This document shows positions 46,331 to 52,719 of a DNA stretch of 52,719 bases, in pieces (position 1 is the stretch's first letter; every line of letters starts with the position of its first letter). The position numbers were made by a program, and so were the translations under genes. The stretch comes from Candidatus Rifleibacteriota bacterium. Lineage in GTDB: Bacteria > Muiribacteriota > Ozemobacteria > Ozemobacterales > Ozemobacteraceae. The DNA is taken from positions 1 through 52,719 of the forward strand of contig JBMOKV010000522.1 in NCBI GenBank assembly GCA_049325495.1, read 5' to 3'. The notes below the pieces were generated by a model. It was given only the letters and a program-made list of their open reading frames with translations, was not told the DNA's origin and made no database searches.

Positions 46331-46867
46331 ATGAACACCCTGAAAAAAACCGGAAAACCAAAAGGGCAGTTCGGACTGTTTATTTTCTTTGTCTGCGGAC
46401 TGTTCTTTCTTCAGATCGTATTTGCCTTTACCATTCATGGTGATATCGGCCCTCAGAACGACATCATTCCATGCATCGACAAACCCGCTTCGCCATTTCT
46501 CGTGGGCCGCATTGACAGCCTGGTCAGCAGTTCAAAGCTTCAGGTTAATCGAAAAGTGGTGCCCGAAGGGGCTTTTTCCCCTGCTTCCCGCGAGATTATC
46601 GATGAACGCGTGGTCATGATAGAAAATACCCCAAGCGGGGCTGATGGCCAGACTGTGGTCAGAAAGACCGATGAAGAGCGTTTCTATCATTACACCATTC
46701 GTTCGGGCGATACTCTTGAAAAGATTTCGCGTCAGCTTTATGGAAACGGTCGCATGGTTCAATCAATTGTTCGCATCAATCGCATTGCTGACGAAAAAAC
46801 ACTGCCGCTTGGCGGGTCATTACTGGTTCCCAGAAGTGGTCTGCTCAATTCAATAAAGGTTCTTTAA
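46331..46867 (+). CDS. LysM peptidoglycan-binding protein
   Basis: N-terminal TM/signal; YTIRSGDTLEKIS...IVRIN...LPLGGSLLVP. Confidence 0.88.
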   Translation: MNTLKKTGKPKGQFGLFIFFVCGLFFLQIVFAFTIHGDIGPQNDIIPCIDKPASPFLVGRIDSLVSSSKLQVNRKVVPEGAFSPASREIIDERVVMIENTPSGADGQTVVRKTDEERFYHYTIRSGDTLEKISRQLYGNGRMVQSIVRINRIADEKTLPLGGSLLVPRSGLLNSIKVL

Positions 46868-46876
46868 GCAAAACTA

Positions 46877-48451
46877 ATGTTCTCTAACTTTTTCAAGCCG
46901 CTTAATCTAATCTGCATCACTCTATATGTCGTTTTCATGATTCTTGCCATGAATTCGAATGCAGTCGATGCTCTGGTTTTCTTTGTTTCCGAAGAGCAGG
47001 GAACCCCGGTTTACACTGCCGGTCGAGCAGCCAGGGTGAAAGTCGGTAACCGGATCAAAAATGATGCTGCGGCAGAACAGCTGGTTGCAATTCAATTCAA
47101 GCCCGCATTGATCACCGAAAAAGTAGAAGAACTGGTCAAAATTCCTGAACCTCAGATTACCAGAATAGTTAAAGAAAAAACCGCTCAAGAAACGGCTGAT
47201 TCTGCGCCCGTTTCTGAACTGGAAATGAAAAGCGCGGTGCCGGTGCCGATATTGACCGCAGCGGTTACGCAGGTTGTCACTTCAGACCCTGAAGAAAAGC
47301 CCGCAAAAGAGGATGTTGTCCAGGAAATGCCGGTGAAAACCGGACCAAAAACATCTGGCACTCCTTCTGCCCTGGCTTACATCAAAGCGGTAGCTGAAAA
47401 AAAATGGGAATACGCTGAGCTGCTCGACCGCTACATCGTGAGATATGACAAAGAAACCTATATTGTTCTCACAATCAGGCCAACCCTGCAAAAACAGCTT
47501 GAAGAAATTTTCAGAAAATACTCAACCCGCATTGGAGCAAGCATTATTCAAGATCCCGCCAGTGGTGAGATTCTTGCAATGACTTCCTGCCACAAAAATC
47601 AGACTCTCAGCATCGAATCAGACCAGTACAAAACAGAAAACTGGGCTTTGAAAGCCACATTCCCCGTCGCTTCAATTTTTAAAATCATTACTGCCGCTGC
47701 CGGCATTGAAACTGGAAAAATAACTCCCAACAGCAATTTTATTGCCTGGAAAAAATCCTATATGAAAGTCTGGAAAGCTTTCGCCCGGTCGCATAACGGA
47801 GTTTTCGGCAAAATTGCCCTGAAAACCGGACGTGCCGCCCTTGAAAAATATATGGATGCTTTTGGCTTCAATAAAACCCTGTTTTTCGACCTGCCCGTTG
47901 GCAAATCGATTGCTGACCTGCCAACTCAGAATCTCGCCCTTGGCCAGGCAGCTGCCGGTCTGAACCGCGATTTTCTCGTAAGCCCCATGCATGTAGCAAC
48001 CATCGTTTCGACCGTCTTGAATCGTGGTAAAACCATGAAGCCTTATCTGGTCGATTACGTGGTAAGAAAAAACCAGGTTATTTTTCGCAGAAAGCCTTTT
48101 CAGATTGCACAGCCAATCAAAGATTCCACTGCCCGCGACATTTACAAAATGATGTATACCACCACCTCGGTTGGCACGGGCAAAAAAGGCTTTGGCGGCT
48201 ATAAGAAATGCCCCGACCTGGCTCGTATCTGTGGCGGCAAAACCGGCACACTTACCGGCGCTTCCCCTCATTATCTCTACACCTGGTTCGGTGGCTTCAC
48301 CAAGGCTACCGGTCGCGATATGTGTATTGTTACTCTGGTGGGGCAGCAGAATCATGGCGGAACCAAAGCATCATCAATTGCCGGTCAAATTGCCTACGAA
48401 CTTTATCTGAGTCGCCAGAAAACCGGAAAACAGAGGCTTGCGTCGAAGTAA
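46877..48451 (+). CDS. Penicillin-binding transpeptidase-domain protein
   Basis: DPASGEILAM, SxxK (ASIFK), SxN (SHN), KTG (GKTGT). Confidence 0.88.
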   Translation: MFSNFFKPLNLICITLYVVFMILAMNSNAVDALVFFVSEEQGTPVYTAGRAARVKVGNRIKNDAAAEQLVAIQFKPALITEKVEELVKIPEPQITRIVKEKTAQETADSAPVSELEMKSAVPVPILTAAVTQVVTSDPEEKPAKEDVVQEMPVKTGPKTSGTPSALAYIKAVAEKKWEYAELLDRYIVRYDKETYIVLTIRPTLQKQLEEIFRKYSTRIGASIIQDPASGEILAMTSCHKNQTLSIESDQYKTENWALKATFPVASIFKIITAAAGIETGKITPNSNFIAWKKSYMKVWKAFARSHNGVFGKIALKTGRAALEKYMDAFGFNKTLFFDLPVGKSIADLPTQNLALGQAAAGLNRDFLVSPMHVATIVSTVLNRGKTMKPYLVDYVVRKNQVIFRRKPFQIAQPIKDSTARDIYKMMYTTTSVGTGKKGFGGYKKCPDLARICGGKTGTLTGASPHYLYTWFGGFTKATGRDMCIVTLVGQQNHGGTKASSIAGQIAYELYLSRQKTGKQRLASK

Positions 48452-48468
48452 ACCAGTAATTTTACAAT

Positions 48469-48501
48469 AAAAAAGAGGCTGATTATCAGCCTCTTTTTTT
48501 T
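48469..48501. terminator. Bidirectional terminator between the PBP and Clp-like genes
   Basis: aaaaaagaggctga-tta-tcagcctc followed by a T-run. Confidence 0.85.
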
Positions 48502-48526
48502 CCTATTCCGAGATTTTCGGTTGGGT

Positions 48527-49975
48527 TTATTCTTCTTCCTGCTGAATCGGCGGATCGTTGAACTTCGGCAGTACTGGCTGCGGAGCGTTTGGATCTGCTT
48601 CTTTCACTTCGAATTTCCCAATCACTTTGAATTCGGCGCAGTCTTCTCCATCGCTGTCTTTGCTGCATTGAGCAGAAATTTCATCGCCTTTGCTGAAATT
48701 ACCCATGAGAATTGATTCAGCAAGAGGGTTTTCGATGTAGCGATGAATGGTTCGTCGCAGTGGGCGGGCGCCATATTTCAGGTCAGTGCCCTTGTCAACC
48801 AGGAAAGTCTTGAGTTCATCTGTGAAATCAAGTTTCATGTTGAGCCCTGAAACTCTTTCTGATACTTCCTGGAGCAGGATTTTAAGAATTTCAAGGTTGT
48901 CTTCTTTGGTCAAAGCGCGGAAAACGATAATATCGTCGATACGGTTCAAAAATTCCGGTGGGAATTTCTTTTCAAGGCTCTTTCTCGTGATCTTTGCCTT
49001 CTTTTCATGCGAAAGGTCTTCGAGCTTCTCATTTACCTTGCCTGGTGAATCATCTACCACTCTGAAACCTGGGCGGCTTTCTTCGGTAGTGACATCACTC
49101 ACGCCTACGTTGGTAGTAAGAATGATGACGCATTCGCGGAAACTTACTGTTTCGCCTTTGCTGTCGGTCAGAATGCCTTCATCGAGCAGCTGCAGCAGAA
49201 GGTTGTGCACCTTTTCGTGGGCTTTTTCAATTTCATCAAAAACCACGACGCCATTAGGTTTGTTTTTTACCGATTCGGTCAGATAGCCACCTTCATTATG
49301 CCCGATATAGCCGGGAGGCGCACCGATAAGTTTGGCATATTCATGGCTCATGGCAAATTCAGAGCAGTCGATACGCACCAGGTCGTTTTCACTGCCGGTC
49401 ATGAATTCGCACAGGGCCTTGGCCAGCTCAGTTTTACCGACACCGGTCTGACCGACGAAAATAAAGCTGCCGACTGGGCGTTTCGGGTTTTTAAGGCCGA
49501 CTTTGGCTTTTCTGATTGCCTGTGCCACAGCGGTCACCGCTTCATTCTGCCCGATAATTCTTTTGCGCAGATGATTTTCGATTTCCATAAAACGCTGCTG
49601 CTGAGCTTTCGCTTCATCAGTGGCTTCAGAGCCAAGCATCGGTATGGCTCCGCTTTTGGCGGCGTTTTCGTCAACCTGAATCGTTACTTCCTTGATGTCA
49701 AGAGTCGGATTGACCTTGACACAAAGGTTGTAGAGTTCCTGTTCGATGATTTCGCCCAGAAGCGGATATTCGTTGTTTCCAAAAACCAGCGGCGCAATCT
49801 CATCGAGATAATTCACTACAGAGGCATTTATTATAAGCCGCTTGTAAGATTTCTTGTCGGTTATCTTGATGTTTTTAAACAACTGTTGTTTCTGCTCCGG
49901 TGTGAAGGAACGTATGGCAACAAAGCGGTCTAAAGATTCACAGAATTTCATCTTGATTCCGGGTGTGGAATCCAT
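48527..49975 (-). CDS. Clp/Hsp100-type ATPase with only the D2 (AAA_2 + ClpB_D2-small) module
   Basis: IIGQNEAV, GQTGVGKTE, RIDCSEF, GAPPGYIG, FDEIEKAH, PEFLNRID, YGARPLRR; no D1 module; AGGAGG RBS. Confidence 0.88.
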   Translation of the reverse strand: MDSTPGIKMKFCESLDRFVAIRSFTPEQKQQLFKNIKITDKKSYKRLIINASVVNYLDEIAPLVFGNNEYPLLGEIIEQELYNLCVKVNPTLDIKEVTIQVDENAAKSGAIPMLGSEATDEAKAQQQRFMEIENHLRKRIIGQNEAVTAVAQAIRKAKVGLKNPKRPVGSFIFVGQTGVGKTELAKALCEFMTGSENDLVRIDCSEFAMSHEYAKLIGAPPGYIGHNEGGYLTESVKNKPNGVVVFDEIEKAHEKVHNLLLQLLDEGILTDSKGETVSFRECVIILTTNVGVSDVTTEESRPGFRVVDDSPGKVNEKLEDLSHEKKAKITRKSLEKKFPPEFLNRIDDIIVFRALTKEDNLEILKILLQEVSERVSGLNMKLDFTDELKTFLVDKGTDLKYGARPLRRTIHRYIENPLAESILMGNFSKGDEISAQCSKDSDGEDCAEFKVIGKFEVKEADPNAPQPVLPKFNDPPIQQEEE

Positions 49976-50074
49976 GAGAACCCTCCTGAGGGTACGTTTT
50001 TCCCATTGACAAGAACTGCACGATGGGGTATAGCTATTGTAACACTAACCTTACTGCAAGGCAATACCTGTAAA

Positions 50075-51493
50075 ATGTTTATTAGGTCAAAAGAAGCTGA
50101 AGAACTCTTTGACAGGGGAATTAATTATTTCCGCGCCGGTTTTTATGCCGCCGCCATTCAAGAATTCAAGGCTGTTAAAAAAACCGAACCCGATTATCCG
50201 AATATCGATCATTTTCTTGAAGCAGCCCATAAGAAGAATAATGAAATCTCCGGTAAGCTCGAAAACTTTATCGAAGAAAACTTTGACGAAGAAATAAAAG
50301 AACTTTCCGAAGAACTGACTTTCGAAGACTCATCCCACCTTGGCCGTAAGGTAGAATCTCTTCTCAAAAAAGATCGGGTGATAGAAGCTTTGAAAATGCT
50401 GGAAAAGGCAGAAGCCATCGTTCCCGATTCCAAGCCTCTGCTTCTGCTGATGGCCAATGTTCAGCGCCGCCTTGCCAGACTGGAAGATGCCGAAAAAACC
50501 TTGCAGCGTGCATTGCTGATTTTCCCCGGTGATACGGATATTCTGAACAATCTTGGCAATGTTTTTCTGGCCCGCAGTTTTTATGCTGATGCAGAGGATG
50601 CCTTTCGTGAAGCTTTGCGGCATAACCCTGACGATCCCAGAATTCTCAATAATATTGCCTCTCTCAACATGCAGACCAGCCGCCTTGATGAGGCTGAGCG
50701 TAACCTCAGGCGTGCCCTCAAGATCCGGCCAGACTGGCACAAAGTCAGACAGAACCTTGAAAATCTGCAGACCAGAATGAACGCCCTGGATCAGGAAATC
50801 GAGACTCTTAGAAAAGAATTTGTTGAACATCCGACTTATCTTGATATCGGGCTGGCTCTCGGAAAAGTCCTGTTCTTCAGAGGTTATTTTTCTGAAGCGA
50901 AAAGTACCCTGCGCAATGTTCTTAAAAAAAATCCCGCTCTTATTGCCGCTTATTTCTACCTCGGCATGGTGCACGAAATGAATGGCGATTCAGAGAAAGC
51001 CATCGAATATTATCGCGAGATGGTTATTCGCTCCGGCAAAGACAACCGGCCCGAATTTCTGAACTTCGAAAGCCTGATGAAGCAGGAATTTTTTGAAGAA
51101 GCACTTTCTGAGCTGAAAAAAATTGCGGTTCTCGATCTCGATCTTGCTTCCAGCCGAATCAATCTCGGAATAAAATATTTTGAAGACTGTCAGTGGCAGG
51201 GTGCTATCAGACACTTCGAAGAAGCGGTTAAGATTAATGACCGCTATCCCGATGCCTTCTACTGGCTGGCATTAACCAATATTCAGCTCGGCGAAACAGC
51301 CAGAGCAAAAGAACTGTTAGAAAATGCGCTTGAGCTTAACCCGGATTACGCCGATGCCCATTTTCAACTGGGAATGCTGCTCAAAACCCGGGCCCGAAAA
51401 AAAGCCAGAACTCATCTTGATAAGGCTTTGAGCCTGAATCTTCGCCCCTCCTTCGCCAACGTGGCCCAGCAGATACTTAAACAGCAGAAATGA
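50075..51493 (+). CDS. Tetratricopeptide repeat protein
   Basis: Multiple TPRs (e.g. LNNLGNVF...AEDAFREALRHNP; ALELNPDYADAHFQLG). Confidence 0.9.
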   Translation: MFIRSKEAEELFDRGINYFRAGFYAAAIQEFKAVKKTEPDYPNIDHFLEAAHKKNNEISGKLENFIEENFDEEIKELSEELTFEDSSHLGRKVESLLKKDRVIEALKMLEKAEAIVPDSKPLLLLMANVQRRLARLEDAEKTLQRALLIFPGDTDILNNLGNVFLARSFYADAEDAFREALRHNPDDPRILNNIASLNMQTSRLDEAERNLRRALKIRPDWHKVRQNLENLQTRMNALDQEIETLRKEFVEHPTYLDIGLALGKVLFFRGYFSEAKSTLRNVLKKNPALIAAYFYLGMVHEMNGDSEKAIEYYREMVIRSGKDNRPEFLNFESLMKQEFFEEALSELKKIAVLDLDLASSRINLGIKYFEDCQWQGAIRHFEEAVKINDRYPDAFYWLALTNIQLGETARAKELLENALELNPDYADAHFQLGMLLKTRARKKARTHLDKALSLNLRPSFANVAQQILKQQK

Positions 51494-51514
51494 GCACTGA
51501 TGGTGTAGCAATAT

Positions 51515-52719
51515 ATGGATCAAAATACCTTTAAAACATTTTTCCCGGGCTTTCCGACTGATGATGAATCAATCGAGAAGCTTGGCCGTATGCTGGCAAC
51601 CCAGGAATTGCTGGATATCGCCTCTTTTGCTCAGTTGCGCACTCAGCACGCTGATAATCGGGCTCTGGTCGAGGCTATTGCCGCAGTTGAAAAAATAACC
51701 CCACCCATTCTGGCAAAAATTGAAGCCGATATTTTAAATGTTCCTTTTGTTAATCTTCTTGAAACCTCGATTTCTGCAGAAAATTTCAAGCTGATTGATA
51801 TTAATATAATCAAAAGTAAAAAAGTAATTCCAATCAAAATCTCTGGCCAGGAGCTCCTTACCGGAGCAATCAGCCCCGGGGACCCGGATATTTTTACGGT
51901 TGCAGGAACCACCAATTCATCACTGGCAATCAAGCCTGCCAAAGTTCTTGCTGACCATTTCGACTCAAAGCTTGCACAGATGACTGGTGACAAGTCCGCC
52001 AAAAATGCAAAAAAAGGTCAGAAGAAAAGACTTGGCGACATTCTGATCGATTCGAAATACATTACCGAAGCCCAGCTCTCAGAAGCTTTGCAGGGTGCCA
52101 AAAACGAAAAACTGCGTATGGGCGCATATCTGGTTAAACACGGCTTTTTGTCAAACAAACAGCTGTCGATCGCCCTTTCGAAGCAGTTCGATATTCCTTT
52201 TATCGATCTCGATGAAAACCTGGTTGACCCGGTGTTGGCAACCCTTTTGCCGAAAAAACTGTGTTATGAGCAGATAATGTGCCCGGTTAAACGTGAAAAC
52301 GGTAAACTGGTTATGGCCATGACCGACCCAACCGACATCATTACCATCGATCACGTTGAAATGATGACCGGTATGAGAATCTCACCGGTGGTCAGCTCTG
52401 AATTGTCGATTATTGCCGCACTGGGCAACCTGTATGGCGAAAATATCGATGCCCTGGCAGATTCTATCGGTGGCGCCGGTTCCACCGGTCAGGACGATGA
52501 TGGAATGCCGGACATGGGCGAAGATGATGCGCCGATCATCAAGCTGGTCAACCTTATTCTGACTCAGGCCGTTCAATTGAACGTTTCCGATATCCATATC
52601 GAAATTTATGAACATGAACTTCGGGTTCGCTTCCGCCAGGATGGAACTTTGAAATTGCACATGACTCCGGCAAAAGCAGCGCACGCCGGGGTAATCAGCC
52701 GCATCAAGGTTATGTCTAA
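51515..52719 (+). CDS. pilB: GspE/PilB-family assembly ATPase, N-terminal part (runs off the window end)
   Basis: Open frame from ATG 51515; KKRLGDILID...RMGAYLVKHG MshEN, AMTDP, APIIKLVNLIL..., SDIHIE, RVRFRQDG, VISRIKVM. The ATPase core lies beyond the window. Confidence 0.85.
   Translation, partial: MDQNTFKTFFPGFPTDDESIEKLGRMLATQELLDIASFAQLRTQHADNRALVEAIAAVEKITPPILAKIEADILNVPFVNLLETSISAENFKLIDINIIKSKKVIPIKISGQELLTGAISPGDPDIFTVAGTTNSSLAIKPAKVLADHFDSKLAQMTGDKSAKNAKKGQKKRLGDILIDSKYITEAQLSEALQGAKNEKLRMGAYLVKHGFLSNKQLSIALSKQFDIPFIDLDENLVDPVLATLLPKKLCYEQIMCPVKRENGKLVMAMTDPTDIITIDHVEMMTGMRISPVVSSELSIIAALGNLYGENIDALADSIGGAGSTGQDDDGMPDMGEDDAPIIKLVNLILTQAVQLNVSDIHIEIYEHELRVRFRQDGTLKLHMTPAKAAHAGVISRIKVMS

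Overview
Bacterial chromosomal window, gene-dense and mostly housekeeping/cell-envelope in content. The gene mix (large HAMP-cyclases, tandem clostripains, several PilB/PilT motors) reminds me of Candidatus Riflebacteria; this is an unverified impression. Headline result: 4891-16543 encodes four overlapping ~960-990 aa membrane-bound HAMP + class III nucleotidyl cyclase genes arranged A1-B1-A2-B2. Each chain is catalytically incomplete, but A and B are complementary. A chains keep both metal-binding Asp residues and lack the Lys/Thr/Asn and KGK residues. B chains keep K, T, N, R and KGK but have a broken metal site. This is the C1/C2 division of labour of mammalian adenylyl cyclases, here apparently as obligate bacterial heterodimers. 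Other notable items: (1) a ~500 bp ORF-free, densely base-paired segment between two terminators (39150-39665, candidate ncRNA); (2) a degenerate MshEN-PilB pseudo-ATPase coupled to a PilT with a Pro/Ala-rich N-terminal tether; (3) a peptidoglycan-peptide salvage cluster (DUF819, NlpC/P60, Ala-Glu epimerase, PGRP-like amidase); (4) a decayed island after tRNA-Leu(CAA) with an in-frame MmeI-like RM::IS66 fusion, an nrdG remnant, a frameshifted hicA and an intact hicB; (5) a single-module Clp ATPase. Bases 1-127 exactly duplicate 1041-1167 and are probably an assembly artefact.
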